From assembly GCF_963853765.1 (NCBI RefSeq), contig NC_088856.1, forward strand, positions 25,296,001-25,360,000: a stretch of DNA of 64,000 nt. Reading direction: 5' to 3'. The notes below the pieces were generated by a model that was given only the letters and a program-made list of their open reading frames with translations, made no database searches and was not told the DNA's origin. Of this stretch, positions 32,281 through 45,255 are shown in pieces. Each line of letters begins with the position of its first letter. Position 1 is the stretch's first letter. Made by a program: the position numbers and the translations under genes. The stretch comes from Magallana gigas. Lineage: Eukaryota.

Positions 32281-32590
32281 CGATTCATACGTCATAATAC
32301 CCTCCAGCTATTTCTGAGTAAAGGTGTTGCTTGCCTCCCAGGAATATTCTTCGGAAAATTTTCAGTTTTCAATTATTCCTAAAGCGGAATATTGTATTCA
32401 TTGTTCATTAAGAAGTTTACCAGGACATCAAGAATTCTGTAAGTAGATGTAATTCTGAATATCTGAAAATTAATTTTATTATTTTAGAAATGTAAATTCT
32501 CATTTCACACGATTCTTGTCATGTTTCACGGGTTGATTTATAATTCAATGAAATATCCAATTGTTTCCCTTCTCATTGATAGATACTAAA

Positions 32591-32869
32591 ATGATAGGAT
32601 TCACGATCTTCGTTATGGCGGTGTTTGAAGGATTCAAGTGGCTGAGAAAAGACGGTAAATATTTACCATATATGTACATAAATATCAATAGCATTAATAT
32701 ATACATGCATTGTTATGTATATTTTTTTTCAGTGCTACTAAGATGAAATTGTCTGAAAAAAATGAATAATGCATTTTGTATTCATATCATTTCAGATGAG
32801 GCGGATATGAACCGCGAGATCTCTGAACAGATTGATGCAATGCTAGAGAGCATTCAGAGATCATTGTAA
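32591..32869 (+). CDS. Putative 45-aa spliced micropeptide MIGFTIFVMAVFEGFKWLRKDDEADMNREISEQIDAMLESIQRSL
   Basis: Exon 32583-32654 (AG|...G|GTAAAT, ATG at 32591) and exon from 32796 (TTTCAG|, TAA at 32867-32869). Upstream donor GTAAGT at 32439 and AATAAA at 32879. Differences among paralogs fall mostly at third codon positions. Confidence 0.6.
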
Positions 32870-33063
32870 AAATGTTGAAATAAAACATTTGACCGATCCC
32901 ATTCTGGCCTAATGTTTGATTTTATTTTATTTCGTGTAATGTACATTCAAGTTCAATCAATTTTTTTTATGCTTTTACTGGAACGGTTGCAAATTAACAA
33001 AAACAAAGGATGACCACAAAAGTGCAGGGAATGGGTTATACAAAGACAATGGCTTTACGCAAA

Positions 33064-33069
<6 letters not shown>

Positions 33070-33119
<50 letters not shown>
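33070..33119. repeat. (GA)n microsatellite
   Basis: Direct reading. Confidence 0.97.
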
Positions 33120-33123
<4 letters not shown>

Positions 33124-33335
33124 CGTTTAGAGCGATGACTTACCAATTTAAAAAGTTAAGATCGAGGTTTGGGCAGCATACATTATTTGTTTCATTTTTC
33201 AATGCGTAAAAATTGTCCTAATTGAGAAATAATTATAAACAATGAGACATGGTTATCTAAATGTACATGATAAACAGTCATCTTGCATGTTTAAGATATT
33301 TTGTATGCACGGCACATATGAACGTGTTTGGACAC

Positions 33336-33369
<34 letters not shown>

Positions 33370-34608
33370 TGTTATTTGTATATATCAGTGCATACAACAG
33401 ATCGCAATTTTTTACACCACCATCTCCAACAATTTATTTCATTTTAAGCCATCTGCGGGTTGGCTAGTATCTCTGAGTCCTCAGCATGTCTAATGATCAT
33501 ACGTTTGTAACTTCTTCGTCTAAATTATTTACATGTATCTTTGTCAGGAGTAGTAATTGATCATGATTTAATTTTTCTTACATCTATGTTGGCCAGACTC
33601 CACTCATTTGACATGACGTTTGAAAAGCAAAAAAAAAAAAAGCAAAATAAAAAAATAGATAGATAAATAATGATAAAAAAAAATAATAAAAAAAGACGTA
33701 CAATTTTCCAAAACTCCGTTGAAAGGGGGGGGGGGGGGGGGCTTCAGTATGAGTTGTTGTTGTTGTTGGTGTAGTGTAAATGTACATGCATGTACCCTAC
33801 CTAAAACTTCATTGATTCTTTCATTTCCTCCATTTCCCTTTAATTTTCACATGTTCCCCAAAAAGTGGGGGCGGGCGGCAACTCTAACTTTGTTCTGTAA
33901 ATTGAAAAAAAAAATGTTTTTGCTGCGATAAAAAGTGTGTATGTGTCTTACCATTTATTTCACAAGTTAACTCTTCTATAAGGAGGGTGATTTTGGCAAA
34001 AACTGTGTGAATAGATTTTTTTTCATGTTTTTAAAGTTTATTATACTATAATAGAATTTTCAGAAAAACCAAACGCATAATACATTCCGGATAAAATAAA
34101 ATAGGTTGGGTTTTATTATTACTATTTTAGTGTCTTGAACGTTTGATTTAAGGTTCAGAGCATATAGTATTTTTCAAGCGTTTGACAAACATTGACTGCG
34201 ATTTAGAAAACAACGTGTTGTTCATGTCTTGTTTTTAAAATGCCATTTTTCATCAAATCAAAAAGGAAGCAATCAAAGTCTAAGGTATTATTTTTTCTAT
34301 GAAGTAATGCTGCATTATATGGTTTTGTTTTCCTTTCACAATAACTCTCTTATTCAACATTTCATCGATGATAAAAACGCTAAAAAGTGACATATACATG
34401 TATCTGTATATTATATATACAACCATGTGTACGGTTTCAAATGAACGTAGAAAAATACCTGATTTATGACACTATTCAATAGAAGCATCTGTTCATAGGG
34501 AAGAATATGCGTTCTCGTTTAAATCATCTAAGAAGACCCCCCCCCCCCCCCCACAAACTCTGACTCAAAAATGCAGAGATAGGAGATGGGTAGAAAGAAT
34601 AATCTTAC

Positions 34609-34718
34609 CGTGACCAGGCTACGCTCAGGTCACAGTAAGAATGTGTCCCATATACTTGCAATGTAGCAGCTGCAAAGCGGATCTGCTTCTCATCAATTTT
34701 AAGTCTGTTAAAGATAAT
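34609..34718 (-). other. Orphan exon-like segment (IIFNRLKIDEKQIRFAAATLQVYGTHSYCDLSVAWSR)
   Basis: CCCTGCAG| acceptor, |GTAAGA donor and one open frame; partner exons not established. Confidence 0.4.
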
Positions 34719-35264
34719 CTGCAGGGTGGAAACACATTTTACATATTACAAACCTCTTTGGACATGCATATGTAATTTAGTCCACAAAATATCTATTTTA
34801 TGAGTCATAACAAGGCATGTCTCCAATAATATCATTAACATGGCGAACGTAAACAGCGAATTTCAAATAAGATGTTAAAAGTGGCAGTAATTTTGTTGCA
34901 AAATCAGTTAATGTGGTAAAATGGGATTATAAAAGAGCAACATTGTATTTGAGACCAATCATCAGAAAATTAAGGCAACATACAGCGCGATATATTTTTT
35001 TAGGAATGAAGCGAATATATGGGACGAATTCAATCATTAAACCGGGTCTGTAGGACATCTGTCATTTTAACGATAGAGAATTCTATCTAGGAGATGGGAT
35101 TTTCATGGTTTTGGAGGAGATTCTGTCCACCTTCTTACTTGGTTTGACACCTTCACCCAATCTTGGAACAGTCTTTCATAACCATGTTGTGGTTGAAAAT
35201 TAAAGATTGTGAAACCTGCTGATGGATAATATAGCTGATCCAGACGTGTAATGGATTGGTCACT

Positions 35265-35630
35265 GCACCAAATGTAATGGGATGGGAGAAGTAATGATTG
35301 ACCAGACAGGGATTCGAACCCGGGCCCCCAGAATCTCTAGTCAGGTACTCTACCAACTGAGCTATCTGACACCTATATTCTAACCGGTCTGACCGCCACA
35401 TTCCTCCCCCTCAAATGATATTTGCCCTTGAAGATCACCCCAGGCTCTTCCCATGGCAAGAGTTCACCTGTCAGTTCCAGGTTTGGTCACAGCACCAAAT
35501 GTAATGGGATGGGAGAAATATTGACGTATCAGACATGGATTTGAACAGGGGCCCCCTGAATCTCTGGTCAGGTGCTCTTCCAACTGAGCTATCTGGCGCC
35601 GGTATTTGAACCAGTCTGACCGTCACACAT
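35265..35630 (-). repeat. Two tandem tRNA-derived (SINE-like) units, period about 227 bp
   Basis: Minus strand has A box TAGCTCAGTTGGTAGA and B box GGTTCGAATCC. The second copy is degenerate and the anticodon arm is irregular. Confidence 0.65.
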
Positions 35631-36052
35631 GCATGATGATGAACAATTTAGGACTGTCAAGAGATTCAGTGAAGGTGTCGTCAAATTAAAAGCTGAGCCA
35701 AATCTCTGCCAAAACTTGGTTGTTAAAAGAGTTCAGAAGTCCAATCATCTCTGTAAAACATTATTTTATCAGTGAATGCATGCAAGCATATATTCAGTTA
35801 TACAATGTCAAACTCAAGCAGTAAGAAATTAGAATTGAATTTTGAAATCAGCATTGGATACATATTACCAAATATGAGTGACTAAGATGTACATGACTGC
35901 ATTAAATAAGTAACCATTTATTAAACTTGCATTGCCAGTTGTGTTGTTTGATTTACTAAAAGATACTGTAATTCTATGTAATGCAAATTCAATTTATTAG
36001 TACATGTTCCAGTACATAACTGGTAATACTATATTTAGAGCTTTTTTTCCAG

Positions 36053-39000
36053 ACAAAAAATCAGAGACCACAGGTGTCGCTCAGTGGAGAACCCTCAAAA
36101 CGTAAAAGGAAGAAGCTTAGGCTGCAGAATGAAGAAATAGAGAGTGAATCAGAGATAGAAAGGTTGGAATACATGTAGCTTAATTAACTTGTTTAATGCA
36201 CACATAAAGTTCTCAATGACTTATACAGCATACACTTTTAGACAGCATACACTTTTAGACAAGCTGTATCAATGTCCACAAAACATGATATGGTGCTGTT
36301 GATATTGGGTATTATTTCTGACATCAGCATCTAGATTTTTGATGCATGGTGCAATGGACGTCACATGTTGATTCGAGTCTGAGTCCCAACCACTGTTTCT
36401 TTTTGTACTTCAACCTCAATATCTCACACATATAAAAAATTTGCTTGCATGGTCCCATTGAGGTTCAAAACAACGTTTGAATGTTATTTTAAAGATACCT
36501 TACTGTAAATTCCTTATTTTACGTGAGTACTTAATTCTCCGATTCTGCTGTTATGTATCAAATCATAAGAACATAAAATTGCGATCACCAATTTTTTGTT
36601 ATAATTTCCTAAAGTTCAAAACTGTCTGAAAAATAAAAGTGAGATTTTAAAATCTGCGAGGAATGCTTCTTGCGATTTTACGCGGAAATAAATTCCTCGC
36701 ATTTAATAAGGAATCTACAGCATTTGCAGTAATTGTGATATTTATACAGACTTCATAGTCTTATATTGAGTACCTTAATTACTATTTTATTTGTTCTATT
36801 TTTTATCTGTTTTTGACAGTGATGAAGGTGAAAGAAAGGCTGAAGTGGTGACATCCTCAGACGAGGAGGAAACTGCACAGGAAAAAAAGTTGCGTCTTGC
36901 AAAAGAATATCTAGCCAACCTAGAGCAAGAAGGTACGGATACCTTATTTGGAATATTAGTTGCATTGTACATCAATTAAAAGGAATATTTACTGAAAGAT
37001 GATATTTTTGTTGAATTTCTTGTCATGTAATTAATTTGTTTTTGAACACATGAAATATTTATTAATATCTAATAAGTTTTTATGCTTTTTAAATTCTTGG
37101 AAATGACACGTTCAGATACAAAATTTATTTGGAATAAAGATGTTAAACATTAAGTTACTCTCAAAAAAGCAGCATTTTCTTTTGTAACACATTTGTTGTA
37201 AATTAATTCTTTATCAAAAAAAGGTTCAAAAAAGAAATAACTTTATCTGCGAAGTCTATAACATTGAATGACTCGAGGCCAAAAAATATGAAGAGTAATC
37301 AAAGCATGGCCTTAATTATTCATGTCTCTATCATTCAGAGGCAGAGAAGAGAGAAGAGGATGACATCCACAGAGACATTATATCTCACAGACTAAAGCAG
37401 GACCTGGTAAGAATAAGATAATCTTCCATTAAATGGGTAGAAGATTGTAAAATTTCGTAGGTTTTTTTTTCATGTCTAGAATGCCAAACTTTTTTAAATT
37501 TCATGAAAACCACTTTAAACTCAGCAAGTGATTAATGTAAGTAATGTCAAATGAAATGTCTAGAATATTTGATTAATCAAATCAGTCCAGCCATATTGAT
37601 ATTATTGACATTTGCGAGATGGCACTTTGAGTATGTACGTGTAACTATTAAATTAATAGTTAAATCATATTAATACGTAAAATTAACTCAATTAAGAAGG
37701 AGCGGAGGGAGCGAAGTGACCGAGCCCATTCTTAATTGCGTAAATTTAACTTAAATCAATTTAACTTAAATCAATTTTTAATACTTAAATCAATTTTTAC
37801 TCAATTGAATTGTGACTTAGCTGTGACCTTAGAGAAATTCTTGGTAATTAAAAACAACACTTAAGAGAATATTTATTGACTGCTGATTGGATGAAAAAAT
37901 GGGTTATGTTCTAAACAAATATAGTATCCATTCAGAACCATAATTAATGGAATAATCCATATGTAGAAAGATATACAAACCACATGCTTTTCATTCATAA
38001 TGATTGCTGGTCGGGGAAATAATGTATATATACATCATACATACAGGACTTATGATTGTTTCATTTTTTTTTTGACAGTTGGAACAAAGTGGAAAAGTAC
38101 AGAAACTTGTTGCAGATGGGGTAAATATTTTATTTAGGATAGAGATGATTTATAAAAGTTTAAGATATTAATAAACAATTTTTATAATTTGATTTTTTTT
38201 CAAATTGAGGATAACTACAGTCAAAAACCTGGGTGTTTTTGTTTTAGCTAGGCCTTTAATTGGGAAAATTAGCAACACAATAAAAAATACAGTAATTAAA
38301 AATAGTTATCGAATAACTACACCTTTCATTTTTAGTGAGATATAACAGAAGTGTGCCATGGCATTAAGGATTTGATTTATTGTGTTTTCAGTTTTTAGTT
38401 TTTTGCTGAAATTTTTTATGCATCAGTTGTCTTTCTTTACATCACTGCTGTTGTGTGTGTTACAGTATGAAAAACCATCCCTGGATGACATCATCGTTCT
38501 GCGGGGGCATCAGTTGAGTGTGACCTGTGTGGTTATCTCCCCTGACAAAAGACACGTTTTCAGTGGCTCCAAAGACTGTAGTATCATCAAGTGTAAGCCT
38601 GACCCAAATGATTTATAATGAGGCGAATTTTAAATGTCTAATGCCCATTATTCAATTCGTCTGTTCACCAGTCTGCATTGAATAATGCAATCATATTACA
38701 TCGAATTTAAATGACTAATTTAAATATAACAGCTTAAAAATGGTTTACATTGGTGCCGAAATTTGATTATTTGTGAATGTGAATTGATGAGATGATGAGA
38801 TTTTCACAGGGGATGCGGTGGAGGGTAAAAGACTACACATGATTCCTGGGGGGAGGAAAGGGACGGAGGACACTCATACAGGACACACAGACCACGTCTT
38901 CTGTCTCGCAATGTCCTCCGACGGAAAATTTCTGGTTAGTGACACATATCAAGTATATTTTGTAAGCTGTGCGTTAAAGAAATATCTGTCATGTTTACCT

Positions 39001-42000
39001 CTTTGAACATTTTTACTCTGAAAGGGGTAGTATCAAACATGGCATTTTTCATATATTTTAAATATATCTTTTAATACAGCAGATGTACAACAAGGGTTAG
39101 ATTGCTTTTTTGTAGAGGAGGATAATGGTCAATCTTTCTTTACTTAGCCATTAACATTAAAGACGTTATCACAGATTATTTTGATAATACATAAACATCA
39201 AGGGGGAAAACTCTTACAAAGATGTGAAACCATTGGCATCATTGGATTTGAATGGTTATGTACAGCTACTTAATACATGTACAAGTAATAGTTTCTTGAT
39301 TGTATTGATACACAGATCAAGAATTGTATCTATAGTATAATAAGGGTTTTAATCTATCAGTTTAACTATTTTAAAAAATGAGCCGTTACATGTACCACGA
39401 TTGTTTTGTCTCAATAATAATTAATACCGTGCAGGTGTGTTCTTATTTGAAATTAAATAGTATTTGTCCATTGCAGGCATCAGGAGGAAAAAATAAGTTT
39501 GTTCTCCTTTGGAACCCAGACACCTGCCAACTCATTCACAGATTTAATGGCCATAGGGGTGCCATTTCTGTAAGGATATATTTATGAGTGTTCATTGTAG
39601 AATGAGGTTTCTTTAATATCATGCATGATAAATAAAACTTTGGCTTTGTAATCAAGATTAGTGTTTGAGCTACAGATTTATTCCTTCTCTGTCTATAATT
39701 TCCCAAAATACAAGACTGATCTGTATGAATACAGGTACTTATCAACAATACTGGAGACACTTTTTATCAATTTCAGGGCCTGGCTTTTAGAATTGGCTCC
39801 CATCAGTTGTTTAGTGCTTCACATGACCGATCAATCAAAATCTGGAACGTGGATGAGCTGGCTTACATAGAAACATTGTGAGTACACTATTGGTGATGAT
39901 ATTTTATATATATTTACTGGCCTGGCTTATTGTCCTCCAAGACAGCAACTATTTTACGAGGCAAAGTTTATGGATATAGTTGCTGTTGAGGGGGATACTA
40001 AACTTACATTTGTTCGATTAGTCAGTAAATAGATATTTCATTATACTGAGAAAAAAAACGATATTTGTCGGTAATGCATAATTTTGATGATTAAACAAAT
40101 TAGAGCTGTGGGAGTTTTAAATCAAGGGAAATTGATTGCCACCGCTGAATAGTTCTGATGACTATTCACCATGGGTATATAGCAAGGAAACAATTTCACG
40201 GTTAGATAGAATAGCATGTTTATTCGTTGTAATTTTACATAGAAAATATTAACAAAGGCATGATTAAGATACTTATTTGTCAGAGAAAATGTCTTTAAGG
40301 TCAATGTGCCTTAAGCTTAACTTGCTCTTTTTGTCACAAATTATGATTATTTTGTTATAATCACATAAACTAATACTAGATACTCAGGAACATGTACATT
40401 TAGTTAACTTTAACATTTATCTTTGGAATGTTCAACATCAGGCTTCATTTTATGTTGATTAGTCAATAAAGACTGTGCTGAAGTTATGTCCCTTTGTGGA
40501 ATATCTAGATTTGGTCACAGTGATGCAATCACAGGAATCGACAGTCTGTTCCGGGACAGGGCTATCACATCAGGGGGGAGGGATGCCAGTATCCGAATCT
40601 GGAAAGTCGTGGAGGAGTCACAGCTAGTGTTCAATGGAGACCCGTGAGTAATTTGGATGTTTATTTTGTATTGACTGTTAGTTCTGTTAATGTACTTACC
40701 TCTATTTATTAATGTTTCAAAAGCATTTTTTATCACTTATCACATAAAATGAAAGAGATTTTATGAGTGTATATTTTATACCTGGATTTTAGTTATGCTT
40801 TGTACACAACTTAAATCTATTTCTGTGTCATATGAAAGAAGAAATTTGAAATTTATGTATTTGTATGAATTTATTAGGTTTGTACAACACTGCATAGATG
40901 ATTGGTTGTTATGTATGCCATAGTTAATTATTTTCAACAGAGAAATCTATTCCATTTGAAATATTCTACTTTTAAAATTTTTGATTTCAGGGGATCCATA
41001 GACTGCATAGCCTTCATCAATGAATCTAATTTTATATCAGGAACTGACAACAAGTAAGTGAGATAATCACCAGGTTCCAGAGTTTCTGACAGTCAATGAT
41101 TTAACATACATGTACCACATATAAACATGAAATTCACTATTGTAAATTATATGATATACCAGCAGATAATTTTCATGTATCAATTGATCCTTTAGAATAT
41201 TTCAGATATAAACTTTTTTTAGATAATAGAATTTTTAAAAGTTATGCAAATAAGTAAGTTTTAAGTTTATGTGATTCATAATGAGTTGTATAAGGCAAAA
41301 TGTAATAAACAAAAACATATGTAGACAGAGTAAAGAACATGCTCGGAGGTAGTTGATTTTTTATTTCCCTGATTGATACACAGGTGACAAGCACAACAGA
41401 AACCAGTTTTAGAGTTAAAAAAACTTCTTACATTGATCTTTTTACAGCTCCATATCCATATGGTCCCTCATGAAGAAGAAGCCACTGGTGACAGTGAAGA
41501 ACGCTCACCACGGTCAGGACCAGAATGGGAACTCCAGCACCCAGACCAACTGGATAACCTGTGTGGCAGCTCTCCATAACACGGACCTGGTGGCGTCAGG
41601 TAGCTCACAGTAGTATAAGACTGTTTGATCATTGTTTACTTTGGATTACAGAACACACCCTTAAGGAGGCTGAATGGTCAACAAATTGCCCATTAGATTA
41701 CCCTCAATTTTAAATATGTTATTTTTGCACATAGATGATTATTTAGTAGAGATAAAATCCAATTTCCTAGCTTTGAAGTTTTATTATTTTCTTACATCTT
41801 TATTCAGAGCTCCTTTTCTCAAGGAGATATAGTATTTAAAAAAATGGCAGCAGCTAGCCACCAAGCCTTCTTATGCTCTCAACACTGCACATTTAATAAT
41901 TTTATAGTACTTTTATGCATATAGAGTGATTGCCCTTGGATGTAAAACATATCAAGCTTTAAACAACTTTTTTAATCAGTTCACATTAATATGACCACAA

Positions 42001-43005
42001 CAAAGTAATGAAATTATGTACATATTTTATTCACATGTTATAACATACACATTTATTTCCCAATTTTACGGTAAAGAACAACGATTTTTTTATGGTAATA
42101 AAATTGTGTATAACAATATAAACAATTTTTCTGATAAAAATTTACAAATACACATGTACTGAAGTTGAAAATGAATAAGATATTAAAACTCAGTAATGTA
42201 CACTTTTTAACAATAAATTTTCTCTCAGATCTCCATTGTTCAGCCGCCTCAGCTTTGACATTTTGACACGACATTGTATTAAATTAAATATATCTTAATT
42301 GTTCATAGAATATGATTATATGTGATTAACTCTAATTTAGAAGGATACAGATACTTTATGGTTACCTTTTTGGCATTCTTTATATAGCAGGGCATTAGTT
42401 GTTTTTAGTACCAAACTAGATTTAGAAGTCCTTGAAATATGTTCATTGGTTCTCTGGTACTTTACACATATACATGTGAAAGAATTGGATCTCACTAAAA
42501 GATTTTGTTCAGCAGGATCGAAAGATGGCTGCATCAAACTATGGAAGATCTCCAAGAATTACACAGTATTGCAGCCACTGTATTCAATACCTATGGTAGG
42601 TAGATTTCAAGTTATTTTCACATGGAAATGTCATGTGCAAGTTATTTTTGAAGTAAATTTACTACATGTATGTGAATTTTAAAAAATTGAATTTTGGAAG
42701 GAGGTCTGGACCCCCCCCCCTCCCCTGGATCTGTGTATGGAAATATGATAACTGTTATTGGACATTGATTGTGCTTCTTTGTTATACAGTGTATACATGT
42801 AGTACATGATACTCAGCAACATGCAAGTAATGGCTGTTTTATTTCCTTTATTTAGGTTGGTTTTGTGAACAGTCTGGCATTTTCACCTGATGGACAGGTG
42901 TTGGTGGCAGGAATCGGTCAGGAACACAAACTAGGTCGGTGGTGGCGAATCAAAGAGGCCAAAAACGGGATAAGAATCATCAAGTTAAAGAGGAAAGATG
43001 TCTGA
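36053..43005 (+). CDS. RRP9: U3 snoRNP-associated WD40 protein (U3-55K)
   Basis: Phase-consistent exons: 36053-36162, 36820-36932, 37339-37406, 38079-38120, 38466-38592, 38810-38934, 39477-39569, 39777-39877, 40509-40643, 40991-41053, 41448-41599, 42516-42595, 42856-43005. Motifs EETAQEKKLRLAKEYL and GQEHKLGRWW. First exon uncertain; a candidate is ATGGCGAAC|GTAAAC at 34840-34848. Confidence 0.93.
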
Positions 43006-45255
43006 TGGAAGGAAAACATCATCTTTTTTTTTTACTTTGATAGTAAAATTCATTTGAATTTTAAGAAGGGAAACAGACATTGAATGATTGAAAGATGTAC
43101 ATGTTAATACACATGTACTGGTTACATAGACATTGGTTTTCATGTATAATTTACATGTGTATGTAAGACGTATTGATTATATAGATTCGGAAAAGCTTTG
43201 ATACTGGATTTATATGAGAGCCTGTTGAATTGAGAATGCAGATTGGTGTAATGAATCGCAAATAAAACAAAACACAAATAACACATCTATGTTTTAATTG
43301 TCGTTATTTTGAGTTATACATCTAAGAAATTAATACATCTTATCTGTATAACTGAATGGGATCTGGTGCAATGTATAAAACCTTAGGAGCTGTTTCATAC
43401 AAAGTAAAATAAACAAATTGATGCAGATTGTGTGATCCCAGTGCAGATTCTGCGATCGATTCTCGGCTTTGATACACAACAGTTGTTGTTCCTCTGTTCA
43501 TAGTATACTCAACAAAGAGCAATAAACAATTCAGGATTAATGCATACAAGCTGGAGGGATTTAGAAGAAAACTCGTATCACGTAAATCTTTGTAAAGTTG
43601 ATCACCAAATGTATTCTATCCTAGTCTGCTGTAGTTAATTATGTAAGATTCTACAATGGGAGTGTACAATAATATTTCTTGGGAGGGAACTTGATAAATT
43701 TAGTGTGACGAGAGTCATATGGATACCAGAATTTGAACTCGAAGCTTACTAAAATACAACATAGTTTCAACCCACTTCCGGAGTAAAATAGATTTTTCCT
43801 GAGATAATCAGTGGATAATAAAATGCGCCATTTAATTTGTACATTTGCGTTAGTCTTGTCTGAAAATTAGTAATTTCGCAGAGCATTTTACTAGTATGTT
43901 TATGTTAAAATTCGGAAAATACACGCATTGCACGTCACATATTCTTGCCAAACAAATATAAAATGTACATGTATCGACGTCTCCGATACATAACATAAGT
44001 CCTTTGTTTTCATAATTTGCTTTAAATTATGTACATGAACTACGCTTGCAGATAACGTTATAAAATAATGCGCTTGCTGACATTCTGACGTTCATCGACG
44101 CGATACAGCTCCAAAATTAAATATGGAATAAATAAACCAATTTGAAACTGTATATATTAGAGAATATATGTATGATATGTTGGTTAATATTAAAATGCAT
44201 AATTGCTCAAGAAAGATTATTTAAGACTTTATTCTCTTGATTATAATATTATCTACATGTACTTTCTAAAATAATTTGAATTGTTAAAAAATGTTTATGA
44301 CGATACTCCTCGCGTGAACAAAATGCTTCAAAAGCAGGGTTGTTGAACACACCATTTAATCAAACGATGATTAAAAGATTTCTAAAAATTTAAAGCGAAA
44401 AAAAAAACAGATCCAAAATTCATTTACATCAAAACACGCACGCACATCGACGTTTTTTGCTCATGATGGCGCACTTTGGACATAACTTTAACATTATAAT
44501 TCCATTCAAATAGTTTATTTTACTTTGATTTTTATACGTACATGTACCCTGTTTGGTGACAAAATCGGAAACCTTCGTCGCACATTGAGCAGCTGTGTCT
44601 GCACAATTACAACGTCATAAAAAATAATTATTAGTTAATACACCAGGCAAGGATTGGTGAACAAAATCCCCGTGCCCTTGACGTCTGTGTCCTGCAAGTT
44701 ACAAAATTTAGTTATTGTCAGATAATTACCATTTTAGTTACAATTAATCCGCTTTTAGTTCTTGTTATGAATGCAATATGAAATAAATGATATTTATATA
44801 TTGAGACCTAAAATGCCAGAATGTGGTAGATATGTAGAAAACATCCCTTGACGAATTTGGAGATGCGTAGAACTTCAACTCTGTTCAGCGGTCAATCCGT
44901 CATCTAATATCCATGCCCCCACTCTCCGAACCCTCGTAAATGCATTTATTCCGGTCCGTATTCCCCGCTGACGCCATGGTATCTAATTGGACACATCGAC
45001 AACGATTCCTCCCCAAGAATACTTAATTTCGCCTCCCTCTTAATACCTAACGGACAGCCAAAACATTGGCGGATCTGTCTAATTCGTATATCTCCTATAG
45101 GTCGCGTTGCGGTCTGAGAACTTACTAGAGACAATCCATCGATCGGTTTTTATATGGTGATAAGATCCGAGACTTATTTAGTTTTAATTTGTCGGAATCG
45201 CCAAGTCCACAGTTTTCTTTTTGCTGCCCCGTAATCTGTGGGAAATCCAGTCGCT

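Noticed and set aside
32366-32438. Upstream exon read as FSIIPKAEYCIHCSLRSLPGHQEF (CxxC) extending the micropeptide
   Set aside because: The paralogous segment at ~15445-15519 has an in-frame TAA and indels, so it is treated as 5' UTR.
35300-35370. Functional tRNA gene
   Set aside because: Irregular anticodon arm, a mismatched acceptor stem and a tandem degenerate partner point to a tRNA-derived repeat.
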